From positions 220,534,001 to 220,598,000 of the forward strand of contig OZ024741.1 of NCBI GenBank assembly GCA_964016885.1: 64,000 bases of DNA. Direction: 5' to 3'. Shown here piece by piece: positions 13,245-25,853 of this stretch. The notes below the pieces were generated by a model, which saw only the letters and a list, made by a program, of their open reading frames with translations, made no database searches and was not told the DNA's origin. The translations under genes were made by a program, and so were the position numbers. Source of the stretch: Eledone cirrhosa (Eukaryota). The number at the start of each line of letters is the position of its first letter. The stretch's first letter is position 1.

Positions 13245-14991
13245 CCCCATGCAGTTATTGGGATTACCCTCGATAGCCGGGTTATACCCACTATGCGCCT
13301 CCTACATTAATCCCTATTCCCTCTACCCGACCCCCGTTCCATTTTACGTTCGACGGTTGTTTTATCAGTTCTACAATTAAGGTTACAATTAGAGTTTCCG
13401 CTGGCAGTACGGTGCTCAGACCCCGTGTTTGTACCTCGGTGAATGTTTCTATTGGTACCATCGACATTGGGACTAGGAGGAAATGCAACATGAAGTCTAT
13501 ATTGATCATCCATCGCCTCCCGCCTGCTGTTAACTAAAGTGTCACTATTTTGGCCTAAGCTATCGCAGGCAATGTTGCTACCACTATTTAATGGACGTTT
13601 GAATGGCGTTCCGTCGCTATGCCCCGCGCGTTCCAGGGCGCTATTTTAGTAATTCGAGATCCTATTAAAAGTACCTTCATTGGAAGATAGTCCTGAAATT
13701 CTACTATAGACGCTTTTGGTAATACCGTTAGTGACTATTCTAGGGTGGTTCGATTTTGCGTTGACATAATTTAAATTCTTGTTGGGTTTGTGGTAGGGTT
13801 GGAAGAGTCCTGAATTGAGATTAAGTGTAACATCTAGAAAATTAACTATCTTCAGGTTTTCTTCAAATACTATACTTAAATCTATGTTTTTAAAGAATTT
13901 ACTTAGTTCTTTCCTCACCCTCTCTACCATACTATTATTATGGAACGACACAGTAAACAAAACGTCGTCACGGTAAGCGCCACCTCCTAAGTGGGGCATT
14001 TCCACTCCGAGACAGTCGAGGAAGTAGAGGCCCACCAGATCCGTCACCTGGGCCGAGTCCGTGGATCCCATGGTGATGTCGAAATTGTCCGGCCAATCCC
14101 TCCTAGTCCACAAGTCACTGTCGAACTCAATTAAGATTTTCCTAGCTAGGAGAATAATGTTAATTTCTTCAGATGTAAGGTCGGTGTGTAAGCTAGCAAA
14201 GTTTAGGGCCTTACTTAGAAGAGTTGGAGAGATCGAAGAGTAGTAGTTAGAGATATCGAACTGTATAAACTTACTGCTATTCTTATTCTGCGATTTCTCA
14301 AACCAGTTAATTACCTCACTAGTTCCCGACCACAAGGATGTTTTTACTCACGATTCCTATGTCCGACTTCGAAGGGCTATCAGCCTGACAGGTCTTGATG
14401 ATTCAAAGTTTAATTTGTGGTCTTTCAATAAAATCCTCGGAATTCTAGGATGGAAGGGCTCAGTTTTATCTTCAATACCCAGTTTAGTCATGACGCTATT
14501 GGCCTCCGTGTTGATAAAATCCAGATTGGCCTGTGTAGTTTTCCTGTAGCTTTTTCTAAGTTCTCTGATTATCAAGTCACCATAGGTTACTCTATCCATA
14601 TTGTACAGGTTGTTAGTTTGATCTGCGTGCACCAGAATGCCGGTGAGTTTTTTAGTTTTCCTAGATCACCGTTCAGTCGTCTTAAGTAGCTTTTTTCCCT
14701 GAGTGGGTTTTGCTTAAACTTAAGGTTGGACACTATGTTAGCTATTTCATTCTCGAATTCCTCCAGGTACTTATTGTGCAGTCGGTTTCTTCTGGATTTG
14801 AATTTTCCCTCCATGCCGCGCGTTCCCTTCCTGGGGTGGTTTGTTGGTGTTCCTCTATCGAAATGGAAGGCCTTCCAACGAATTCTATAGACAAAGGAGT
14901 CCGATTTACCTATCGCCAACCTTGTGAATTCTTTTATGCTAGGCATAGGGATGTCCTTAAGCGAAGAGTTCACCGAGAATTTCTCCATCAT
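13245..14991 (-). pseudogene. PLE ORF (N-terminus, RT, thumb/linker), frameshifted
   Basis: NSSLKDIPMPS...RIRWKAFHF; LLKDHK; FIQFDISNYYSSIS; FDITMGSTDSAQVTDLVG; YRDD; VNFLDVTLNL; YVNAKSNHP. Confidence 0.9.
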
Positions 14992-15228
14992 ATTCCTTGC
15001 TTAACAGCATTAAGTGCTCGACAGAATTAGGAGCTTTAAGTTGTTATATAGTAAGGTGTATTATTGGTTGTGTCATACGGTCCAATAAACTTTTGTTAGC
15101 AATATTAAGTTCTCCACGCTTTTGTATATCTCCAATTCCATTTATAGGAACAGCTAGATGATGTAAAACGGAGTATTTGTATCAAAATAAAGATCCGAAG
15201 GCATGGTATAAATTTCTAATCATTTTAA

Positions 15229-15300
15229 TCACAACATGTTTCAATAAGAGATAGATCGATCGTGCGGCCATGATCGATTATCACTGATCTCGTCAGGTGA
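15229..15300 (-). ncRNA. Hammerhead motif in the 5' pLTR upstream of the PLE ORF
   Basis: Reverse complement: tcac-CTGACGA-long stem II (atcgatc/gatcgat)-GAAA-catg-TT-gtga. Confidence 0.75.
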
Positions 15301-15499
15301 AAATGAATTGTCTTCAAATCCTTGATATGAGGGAGAAATTTTAACGATGTTCACTCACTAGAGTTTTGTCCCTGATATGAAGATTAAGCAGCCAAAACAC
15401 TGCAATCGTCCTCAGTTAGAGTCATAAAACTATCAAGTCTCTATTTCTCAATAGCTGTAAAAGACGCTGGACGGGCTTATTCTCAACATCAAATCTTTA

Positions 15500-16210
15500 G
15501 AATTACAGTCGGTCACAGTTACGGAAACTTCAATTGTAACCTTAATTGTAGAACTGATAAAACCATCGAACGTAAAATGGAACGGGGGTCGGATAGAGGG
15601 AATAGGGATAAATGTAGGGGGCGCATAGTGGGTATAACCCCGGCTCTTGAGGGTAATCCCAATAACTGCATGGGGGGTACACCACCCCGGAGACTTGGGA
15701 CGATTCCGAACACCATCTGGACACCCCAGGACACCATCGACCCACAGGCAGTTATCAGTTCTGATAGACCAGTAGCAACCAAAGAGATAGGTAACACTAG
15801 TATGGATAAGAACAAGAGGCATCGGTCCAGAAAAATCCTGTGGTACAACCTCCCCCCCCCCCCCATACTCCACCGGCCTGACCACGAGTATAGCTCAGCT
15901 TTTCTTTAGTGCCTTAGACAAATGCTTCCCTAGATCACATAGATACTATAAAATATTCAATAGGAATACCATCAAGCTGTCCTACTCCACAACCAGTAAC
16001 ATAGCTCAGAATATAGAGCACTCCTTATCCTGTTCCATAATTTGCTCAGTCCAGCCTTATAACGGCAGCACGGGCGTCTGTAATTTATGTATAACTGAAA
16101 CCTTTAATATTATTAGAGGCGGCACTCTATTAATCAATAGGAGGGCGGATTTTTTAAGCAACTGCTAACATAGAACCTCGAAAACCTTCCGCAGGGTTTT
16201 TGGAAAGTAA
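15500..16210 (+). pseudogene. PLE linker and GIY-YIG C-terminal fragment, internally deleted
   Basis: RKILWYN.PP; FLSALDKCFP...IFNRNTIKLSYSTT; CNLCITET...LINRR; 15520-15675 is the inverted homologue of 13245-13395. Confidence 0.8.
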
Positions 16211-16288
16211 CCTACCACTAACTCCTCCCTTTTTACCTTAGCCATAGAGTTCTCTCAATTAGCAAAAAACAGACAATCACACACTCAG

Positions 16289-16353
<65 letters not shown>

Positions 16354-16524
16354 TTCAATTTAAACCTCGGTATAGAGCTAGTAAGCCATGATAGAATAGT
16401 ACTATCGAGCACTTCTTAGAGTTGGTAATCAAAAACAGCTAATGAGACAAGTAAGAAAAAAGAAAATACGAAAGAGAAATATATATATATATATATTTAG
16501 AGAGAGAGAGAGAGAAAAAAAATG

Positions 16525-16574
16525 GCTTCTACAGGACTAGAACTGTTTCATTCAGAGGAAATCATCAGGAAAGC
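16525..16574 (-). ncRNA. Hammerhead motif, same family as 60473-60521
   Basis: Reverse complement: gctttc-CTGATGA-tttc ctct gaat-GAAA-cag ttctagtc ctg-TA-gaagc. Confidence 0.65.
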
Positions 16575-16581
16575 TCTGTTG

Positions 16582-16638
<57 letters not shown>

Positions 16639-16670
16639 AGATCAAAAGATGGTTAAAGGAGTTCCATATA

Positions 16671-16737
16671 TTTTATTATGCGCATTTCAAAAACAAACAT
16701 CATCAAGCAACAATATTTGTGTTTTCATCAGATAAAA
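16671..16737 (-). ncRNA. Type I minimal hammerhead ribozyme motif
   Basis: Reverse complement: ttttat-CTGATGA-aaacacaaatatt...gatgtttgttttt-GAAA-tgcgca-TA-ataaaa. Confidence 0.8.
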
Positions 16738-16792
16738 CAGGAGAACATGATATGAAGGCTAAAAAACACTTGTTGATAGTGCAGTTTTAAAT

Positions 16793-16850
<58 letters not shown>

Positions 16851-16854
<4 letters not shown>

Positions 16855-18177
16855 TTTGAGTATATGTTGGTTGTATACCAACATCTCAGTATGCAGAATG
16901 GAGCACTCGACGAAGTGCGCAGGTTGGTCTGGTTACTCCGGAGTAATGTAAAATAAAATAAAATAAATAAGTCAAATGTTTAAAATTTGGCTTCGTTTAT
17001 TACTGCTATATATATTTCGGTGAAAGCCTTCTTTGGCTGTGACCTCTTCAGGCAGTCCGAATTAGTGTGGTAGAGACGAGTACACATGTTGTTGAGGTGT
17101 ATAACTTTGTCAATACTCTGATATGCCCAGTTCCTGGTTGGGTTGTTATTTCTCTGAGGAACTGGAATCATATGAAGTCAAACAAACGAATTTCAGCGTC
17201 AAAGGGCCTCTTCTCCTCTCATTGGTCAGTTGTTAGAACATTCTTCAGTCAAAAGTCTATAGAAATTCGTTCTGAGGCAAGCCAATCTGTAGTTGTTGTT
17301 CTTTTTATTGTTAGGTACATCTGACCTCTATTCTTGTGTTGGTAGTGGTGTTATTGTTGGAGTCAGATAAAAAAAATGTGATAAAGTGGTAGAAGAAATA
17401 AGATGGTAAAGGAACAAAATAAAATAAAATAATCGAATAAAGTGTGTGTGTGTGTGTTATACCCATCTCAATGTTATAAAGATTTGTAAGGTCAAACTTC
17501 CCATTGGTCAGTTTTGAGAGCATTCCTCAGTCCAAAGTCTATAGAAATTCTTTCTGGGGTGAGGATCCCTGTAGTGTTTGTGTTTGCTATTGTTAAGTAC
17601 ATCAGATCTCTACCCTTATTTTGGTAGTGTTGTTGGTGTTGTGGTCAGCTTATGTCTTGCTGCTGCTGACAATTTAGAAGTATCTGTGTGTGTGTTTCTT
17701 CACCCCTCCTGCCACAATCTCCCGTGGTGGTGTTGGGGTGAGTGAGGGGTTCTGCTATGTATATGAAGAAATAGAAGGCAATAAAATGAAGTAAACAGAA
17801 AATAAATAATAGATAGAGAATAAATGAAAAATTAATGAAAAGTTAATGAAAAAGTAATGAAAAGTGAATATGGAAAATGAAAAATGAAAATGAAAAGTGA
17901 AAGGATTCGAATAAAATAAGATAAAATGTGTGTGTGCTATAACCAATCTCAAGGTCAGAAATATGTTGGATAGATTGGTAGGAGGACAAGATGGTAAAAG
18001 AATAAAACGAGATAGGATAATCGAATAAAATCTGTGTGTGTTATAACCAATCTCAACTTAAATATAAATATAAGGTGATAAAGTGAAGAAAACAGAAAAC
18101 AAATAACATATGAATAATGAGAAATCAAAAATCAGGTAAATTAAAATGTGTGTGTGTTATAAAGATGTTGGCCAAAT

Positions 18178-18182
<5 letters not shown>
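16851..18182 (-). mobile_element. PLE 3'UTR + pLTR + complete tail
   Basis: Inverted homologue of 8825-9945 plus the ~95-nt tail seen at 8165-8259. Confidence 0.8.
17002..17056 (-). ncRNA. Type I minimal hammerhead ribozyme motif
   Basis: Reverse complement: actgc-CTGAAGA-ggtcacagccaaagaaggctttcacc-GAAA-tatata-TA-gcagt. Confidence 0.85.
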
Positions 18183-18251
<69 letters not shown>

Positions 18252-18304
18252 GTATGTCTCTTGGGTGAAAAGGAGGTCATATAAGTGTTCATTCAATAAT
18301 AAAT

Positions 18305-18351
18305 TGCTCCGAAGAATCCAAACCTCGGTTTGGAGGAAACAGTTGTAAGCA
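18305..18351 (+). ncRNA. Hammerhead motif with one core substitution
   Basis: tgct-CCGAAGA-a tccaaac ctcg gtttgga g-GAAA-cagttg-TA-agca. Confidence 0.7.
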
Positions 18352-18386
18352 TAAAAATGTTTTGAACAGTTCTTTGATTCTTATAA

Positions 18387-18425
<39 letters not shown>

Positions 18426-18726
18426 CGAAGGAAATGTGGTAAGGAACCAGGTGGACCATAACGCACCAAAGTACTCAATACTTAGGATAGTAGAGTGGGT
18501 AATAGGAACGAGTAGGACCCAAATTGGGGTCCTACTCGTTCCTATATATATATATATAAGTGGAAGGGATATTTAATTTGTTGGAAATTCAACACATATA
18601 AATATGTATAACTGATTCAGAGCACTCGACTGATTTCTGGAGTAAATATTCAATGATATTAAATAAATGGAAACTATATTTATAAAACCATATTTATTCT
18701 ATTTATAGTTTCCATTTATTTAATAT

Positions 18727-18813
<87 letters not shown>

Positions 18814-19114
18814 CTGTGTGTATGTGTGTCTATATATATACCCAACTGTGTGTAAGGTAACCTCACCAACCAGCAAGTGGTCAAACGTGGTGATCACGGC
18901 TGCATCCCCGAAGACATGACCATATCGAAATAGAAAGTGGTGGAGGACAACGGGAGGTTCCTCCAACATGATTGAGAAGGCCCTTTATTGGATTGGATTA
19001 CATAATTCTGTTCGTTGATGACTTCATTTACTTGAATAACTTCGATCTGGATTTGTAGGCTGAACATAAACTTTGTTCATTATTCTTTCCAATTTCATTT
19101 AGATATTGACGAAT

Positions 19115-19860
19115 ACCAGAAGGAATGTTAATGGCTGCGCAAGAGCAGGCCCTCAAAACGAAGTGGTTGAAACAACATATTTACAAGGACGAGGCTAGCC
19201 CACTGTGCAGGATCTATGGAGAGAGAGAGAGGAGACTGTGGCTCACATTGTATCCGAGTGTAAACACCTAGCCCAGACTCACTATAAGGGCTGGAGACAT
19301 GATGTGATGGGCAGGGTGATCCACTGACACCTATTCAAAGTAAACAATTTACCACATTCTGAGAAGTGTTATGAGCATAAGCCAGAGTCGGTGATAGAAA
19401 ACGATCAGGTGAAGGTGCTGTGGGATTTTAGGATACAGACGGACAAGAAACTGGAACACAATAGACCTGACCTGGTGGTTTTGGACAAGGAAAAAAGATC
19501 GTGCCTGATTGTGGATGTGGCCTGCCCCTTCGACACGAGAGTGCAAGAGAAGGAGAGGGAGAAAATTAACCGATACCAGGACTTAAAGTGGGAGGTAAAA
19601 AGGATTTGGAACTGCCATGAAGTCAAAGTGGTCCCGATTGTCATAGGCGCACTAGGTACTATCTCAAAAAGTTTCCAGGGATGACTAAAGAAAATTGGCC
19701 CCGCCACGCTTTTTGGAACGCTTCAAAAGGCATGCTTGCTGGGAACAGCAAGAACCCTCCGATACGTCCTGAATATGAGGCTGCAGGTAGTGGCTTGATA
19801 TTCATTTCAACAAACTTTCCAGTTAACTAACATCAATGACTGAGACTCAAAGAACAATAA
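19115..19860 (+). mobile_element. R4/Dong-like family A, 5'-truncated decayed copy
   Basis: Zinc knuckle + RLE (RPDLVV...IVDVACPFD...EK) with stops; 3'UTR ends in (TAA)n. Confidence 0.9.
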
Positions 19861-19872
19861 TAATAATAATAA

Positions 19873-21820
19873 TTGAGATAGTACAAAAGTAGATTAGTGA
19901 ACAGGCACACCAACAAACTGATTTGAGTATCACAGTTGAAACTCTTAAGGGGCAGGCGAAAAAACTAACCAACTGGAAATCACCAGGCCCAGATGGTGTG
20001 CAGGGGTATTGGATTAAAAATAGAACACCCCTCCACTCGGAACTGACAGCCATGTTCAATGACTGCTTGATGTCAGGTGAGGTACCAGAGTGATTGACAA
20101 AAGGTACCACAGTTCTGATAATGAAAGACCGAATCAAGGGTAATGATGTTACAAACTATAGACCTATCACATGTCTGTCCGTAATGTGGAAACTGTTGAC
20201 AAGCATTGTGTCTGAGGAAATTTACCATCACCTCCACACAAACAACTTGTTACCGGACGAACAGAAAGGATGCCGAAAGAAGTCCCGTGGTACAAAGGAC
20301 CAGTTACTTATTGATAAGATGGTAATGACGAATTGCAAGAGGAAACACACTAGTCTTGCCTTGGGATGGATAGACTACAAAAAGGCATTTGACAGGGTGC
20401 CTCATTCTTGGATCACCAAAACCCTAGAGATCTTCAAGGTGGCAGATAACATCAGAAAGTTGATGGGCAAAAGTATGAAGTCCTGGAAAACAGAGTTACA
20501 TCAGCTGGAGAATCCTTGGGAGGCGTGAAGATCAAGAGAGGTATCTTCCAGGGAGATAGTCTGTACCCTGACCAATATACTGCGAAAAGTGAGAGCAGGA
20601 TACAAGTTGGGAAAGGGAGAGCTTACCATCAATCATCTCCTCTTCATGGACGATCTTAACCTCTTCGGGAAGAGTGAGAAGGAGTTGGATGTGCTTGTTG
20701 ACACAGTCCGTATTTTCAGCAATGATATATGTATGCAATTTGGTATTAGTAAGTGTGGAGTCCTTGTTATGAAGGGGGGTAAATTGAGCAGAAGTAACGG
20801 AATCCAGGTACCAACATGAGATGATAATGGGAAATTGACACTGAAGAAGGATACAAGTATTTGGATGTTCCGGAGGCTGATGACATGAAGAACAAAAAAA
20901 TGAAGGAATTGATAAGATCTGAATACATTCGGAGAGTAAGGAGCGTATTAAAGTCACACCTGAACAGTAGGAATGCCATAAGTGCAGTAAATTCCCGAGC
21001 TGTGTCTATTATTAGGTACAGTGCGGGAATTCTGAGGTGGAATCTTGCTGAACAAAAAGAAATGGATAGGAAGACTAGGAAGCTATTGACTATCTACAAC
21101 ATGTTCCACAAGAGGAGTGATGTCGATAGACTCTACTTAAGGAGATCTGAAGGGGGAAGAGGTCTTATCAGCATAGAGGACTGTGTTCAGATGGAGAAAA
21201 ACAACCTACACAAATACGTGATTGATAGTAAGGACCCAATGCTCAGAATTGTACTGAAGGAGAGGACAATAGACCAGGTGATGTCCAAGGAGGAAATAAC
21301 AACGAGGAGAAAGAGCAGCCTTCATGAAAAATCCCTTCAAAGTACCTTCTTTGAGAAAACTGAATTCAGAGATCCACAGACATGGAACTGGTTGAGAAGA
21401 GGTGACCTTAAAAAAGCTACAGAAGGAATGCTAATGGCTGCGCAAGAGCAGGCCCTCAAAACGAAGTGGCTGAAACACCATATTGACAAGGAGGAGGCTA
21501 GCCCACTGTGCAGGATCTATGGAGAGAGAGAGAGGAGACTGTGGCTCACATTGTATCCGAGTGTAAACACCTAGCCCAGACTCACTATAAAGGCTGGAGA
21601 CATGATGGGCAGGGTGATCCACTGGCACCTATGCAATGTAAACAATTTACCACATTCTGAGAAGTGGTATGAGCATAAGCCAGAGTCGGTGATAGAAAAC
21701 GATCAGGTGAAGGTGTTATGGGATTTTAGGATACAGACGGACAAGAAACTGGAACACAATAGACCTGACCTGGTGGTTTTGGACAAAGAAGAAAGATCGT
21801 GCCTGATTGTGGATGTGGCC
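19873..21820 (+). mobile_element. R4/Dong-like family A, decayed copy lacking its 3' end
   Basis: Frameshifted RT (YRPITCL, DYKKAFD, FMDD), broken at IVDVA. Confidence 0.9.
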
Positions 21821-22745
21821 AATGCTCAGAACTGTACTGAAGGAGGGGACAGTAGGCCAGGGGATGTCCAAGGAGGAAATAACATCAAGGAGGAAGAGCA
21901 GCCTTAGGGGAAAATCCCTTCATAGTACCTTCTTTGAGAAAACTGAATTTAGAGATCCACAGACATGGAACTGGTTGAGAAGAGGAGACCTCAAAAAGGC
22001 TACAGAAGGAATGCTAATGGCTGCGCAGGAGCAGGCCCTCAAAACGAAGTGGTTGAAGCACCATATCTACAAGGAGGAGGCTAGCCCACTGTGCAGGATC
22101 TGTGGAGAGAGAGAGGAGACTGTGGCTCACATTGTGTCCGAGTGTAAACACCTAGCCCAGACCCACTATAAGGGCTGGAGACACGATGTGATGGGCAGGG
22201 TGATCCACTGGCACCTGTGCAAAGTAAACAATTTACCACATTCTGAGAAATGGTATGAGCATAGGCCAGAGGCGGTGATGGAGAACAATCAGGTGAAGGT
22301 GCTGTGGGATTTTAGGATACAGACGGACAAAAAACTGGAACACAATAGACCTGACCTGGTGGTTGTGGACAAAGAAAAAAGATCGTGCCTGATTGTGGAT
22401 GTGGCCTGCCCGTTCGACACGAGAGTGCAAGAGAAGGAGAGGGAGAAAATTAACCGATACCAGGACCTGGAGTGGGAGGTGAAAGGGATTTGGAACTGCC
22501 ATGAAGTCAAAGTGATCCCGATTGTCATAGGCGCACTGGGGACTATCTCCAAAAGTTTCCAGGGATGGTTAAAGAAAATCGGCCCCTTCACGCTTTTTGG
22601 AACGCTTCAAAAGGTATGCTTGCTTGGAACAGCAAGAACCCTCCGATACGTCCTGAATATCTGAGGCTGCAGGTAGTGGCTTGATATTCAATCCAACGGA
22701 CTTTCCAGTTAACCAACATCAATGACTGAGATTCAAGGAATAACA
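21821..22745 (+). mobile_element. R4/Dong-like family A, young 5'-truncated copy
   Basis: Open CCHC + RLE frame to stop at 22664; near-identical to the 3' part of the 863-aa ORF. Confidence 0.92.
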
Positions 22746-22747
22746 AC

Positions 22748-22776
<29 letters not shown>

Positions 22777-22778
<2 letters not shown>

Positions 22779-22903
22779 CTTGCTTGGAACAGCAAGAACC
22801 CTCCGATACGTCCTGAATATCTGAGGCTGCAGGTAGTGGCTTGATATTCATTCCAACGGACTTTCCAGTTAACCAACATCAATGACTGAGATTCAAGGAA
22901 TAA
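22777..22903 (+). mobile_element. Family A ~125-bp 3'-end-only insertion
   Basis: Matches the last codons and 3'UTR; (TAA)n on both sides. Confidence 0.9.
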
Positions 22904-23034
22904 CGACAACAACAATAATAATAATAATGATTTCTTTATTAACCACAAGGGTTTACATAAAGTAGACATTAAGGACAGTGCAGGACAATACAGGACGGTA
23001 CAAATGGGCATTTCTGCGTGTAAAAAAAAAAAAA

Positions 23035-23229
<195 letters not shown>

Positions 23230-23261
23230 GGAAGAAGCGACTGAGTGGGCAAATCGGGGAA

Positions 23262-25853
23262 ATGAGAAATGACATAGGAAAGCTTGAGTCACTACTGAAT
23301 GGGACACTAAAAAACATAGGCACTAAAAATAGACTGGAAATAAAATACAAAACTAGGAGTAAAAAGCTAAATATTATCATAGAGGAATTGAAGCAACGCA
23401 TTGTAGCAAAGAGTGCCAAAATCAGGCGATACGAGAACAGAGTCAGTCAGTATAAACAGAACCGCATGTTCGACAACAACCAGAAGATGCTGTTTGGACA
23501 GCTTGAGGGGAAAGAAAGAGGCAACGACTTGATCCCTGGGGCGGAACAAGCTAAAACATTCTGGAGAGGAATATGGGAGCAGGATGTTAGACACAATGCC
23601 CAGGCAGGGTGGATTGAGACCGTACAGAGGGAGATCGGTGAGCAGGCACAGCAACAGACTGATTTGAGTATCACAGTTGAAACTCTTAAGGGGCAAGCCA
23701 AAAAACTAACCAACTGGAAATCACCAGGCCCAGATGGTGTGCAGGGGTATTGGATTAAACATTTAACATCCCTCCACCCGAAGCTGACGGCCATGTTCAA
23801 TGACTGCTTGGTGTCGAGTGAGGTGCCAGAGTGGTTGACAAAAGGTACCACAGTTCTGATAATGAAAGACCGAATCAAGGGTAATGATGTTACCAACTAT
23901 AGACCTATCACATGTCTGCCCGTAATGTGGAAACTGTTGACGAGCATTGTGTCTGAGGAAATCTACCATCACCTCCACACAAACAACTTGTTGCCGGACG
24001 AACAGAAAGGATGCCGAAAGAAGTCACGTGGTACAAAGGACCAGTTGCTTATTGATAAGATGGTAATGGGGAATTGCAGGAGGAGACACACTGATCTTGC
24101 CATGGGATGGATAGACTACAGAAAGGCATTTGACATGGTGCCTCATTCCTGGATCACCAAAAGCCTGGAGATCTTCAGGGTGGCAGATAACATCAGACAG
24201 TTGCTGGGCAGGAGTATGGGGTCCTGGGAGACAGAGTTGACATCAACTGGAGTATCCTTGGGAAGCGTGAAGATCAAGAGAGGTATCTTCCAGGGAGATA
24301 GCCTGTCCCCTCTGTTGTTTGTCCTTGCCCTGATGCCCTTGACCATTATGCTGCGAAAAGTGAGAGCAGGATACAAGTTGGGAAGGGGAGAGCTTACCAT
24401 CAATCACCTCCTCTTCATGGACGATCTTAAGCTCTTCGGGAAAAGTGAGAAGGAGTTGGATGTGCTTGTTGACACTGTCCGTATTTTCAGCAGTGATATA
24501 TGTATGCAGTTTGGTATTGGTAAATGTGGAGTCATTGTGATGAGGAGGGGTAGGTTGAGCAGAAGTAACGGGATCCAGATACCAACAGGTGAGATGATAA
24601 AGGAAATTGACTCTGAGGAAGGATACAAGTATTTGGGCGTCCTGGAGGCTAATGGCATAAAGAACAAAAAAATGAAGGAATTGTTAAGAACTGAATACAT
24701 TCGGAGAGTAAGGAGCGTATTGAAGTCACATCTGAACAGCAGAAATGCCATAAGCGCAGTAAATTCCCGAGCTGTGTCTATTATTAGGTACAGTGCGGGA
24801 ATTCTGAGATGGAATGTTGCTGAACAAAAAGAAATGGATAGGAAGACTAGGAAGCTATTGACTATCTACAACATGTTCCACAAGAGGAGTGATGTCGATA
24901 GACTCTACCTAAGGAGATCTGAGGGTGGAAGAGGTCTTATCAGCATAGAGGACTGTGTTCAGATGGAGAAAAACAACCTATACAAATACGTGACCTATAG
25001 TAAGAAGCCAATGCTCAGAGCTGTACTGAAGGAGGGGACAGTAGGCCAGGGGATACCCAAGGAGGAAATAACATCAAGGAGGAAGAGCAGCCTTAAGGGA
25101 AAATCCCTTCATAGTACCTTCTTTGAGAAAACTGAATTTAGAGATCCACAGACATGGAACTGGTTGAGAAGAGGAGACCTCAAAAAGGCTACAGAAGGAA
25201 TGCTAATGGCTGCGCAGGAGCAGGCCCTCAAAACGAAGTGGTTGAAGCACCATATCTACAAGGAGGAGGCTAGCCCACTGTGCAGGATCTGTGGAGAGAG
25301 AGAGGAGACTGTGGCTCACATTGTGTCCGAGTGTAAACACCTAGCCCAGACCCACTATAAGGGCTGGAGACACGATGTGATGGGCAGGGTGATCCACTGG
25401 CACCTGTGCAAAGTAAACAATCTACCACATTCTGAGAAATGGTATGAGCATAGGCCAGAGGCGGTGATGGAGAACAGTCAGGTGAAGGTGCTGTGGGATT
25501 TTAGGATACAGACGGACAAAAAACTGGAACACAATAGACCTGACCTGGTGGTTGTGGACAAAGAAAAAAGATCGTGCCTGATTGTGGATGTGGCCTGCCC
25601 GTTCGACACGAGAGTGCAAGAGAAGGAGAGGGAGAAAATTAACCGATACCAGGACCTAAAGTGGGAGGTGAAAAGGATTTGGAACTGCCATGAAGTCAAA
25701 GTGATCCCGATTGTCATAGGCGCACTGGGGACTATCTCCAAAGGTTTCCAGGGATGGTTAAAGAAAATCGGCCCCTTCACGCTTTTTGGAACGCTTCAAA
25801 AGGCATGCTTGCTTGGAACGGCAAGAACCCTCCGATACGTCCTGAATATCTGA
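23262..25853 (+). CDS. RT + CCHC zinc knuckle + restriction-like endonuclease of an R4/Dong-like non-LTR retrotransposon (element ~23229-25935, 5'-truncated)
   Basis: 863 aa uninterrupted: KSPGPDG, YRPITCL, IFQGDSLSP, FMDD, YKYLG, CRICGEREETVAHIVSEC, RPD...DVACP...EK; frame is open back to the (TAA)n junction. Confidence 0.93.
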   Translation: MRNDIGKLESLLNGTLKNIGTKNRLEIKYKTRSKKLNIIIEELKQRIVAKSAKIRRYENRVSQYKQNRMFDNNQKMLFGQLEGKERGNDLIPGAEQAKTFWRGIWEQDVRHNAQAGWIETVQREIGEQAQQQTDLSITVETLKGQAKKLTNWKSPGPDGVQGYWIKHLTSLHPKLTAMFNDCLVSSEVPEWLTKGTTVLIMKDRIKGNDVTNYRPITCLPVMWKLLTSIVSEEIYHHLHTNNLLPDEQKGCRKKSRGTKDQLLIDKMVMGNCRRRHTDLAMGWIDYRKAFDMVPHSWITKSLEIFRVADNIRQLLGRSMGSWETELTSTGVSLGSVKIKRGIFQGDSLSPLLFVLALMPLTIMLRKVRAGYKLGRGELTINHLLFMDDLKLFGKSEKELDVLVDTVRIFSSDICMQFGIGKCGVIVMRRGRLSRSNGIQIPTGEMIKEIDSEEGYKYLGVLEANGIKNKKMKELLRTEYIRRVRSVLKSHLNSRNAISAVNSRAVSIIRYSAGILRWNVAEQKEMDRKTRKLLTIYNMFHKRSDVDRLYLRRSEGGRGLISIEDCVQMEKNNLYKYVTYSKKPMLRAVLKEGTVGQGIPKEEITSRRKSSLKGKSLHSTFFEKTEFRDPQTWNWLRRGDLKKATEGMLMAAQEQALKTKWLKHHIYKEEASPLCRICGEREETVAHIVSECKHLAQTHYKGWRHDVMGRVIHWHLCKVNNLPHSEKWYEHRPEAVMENSQVKVLWDFRIQTDKKLEHNRPDLVVVDKEKRSCLIVDVACPFDTRVQEKEREKINRYQDLKWEVKRIWNCHEVKVIPIVIGALGTISKGFQGWLKKIGPFTLFGTLQKACLLGTARTLRYVLNI

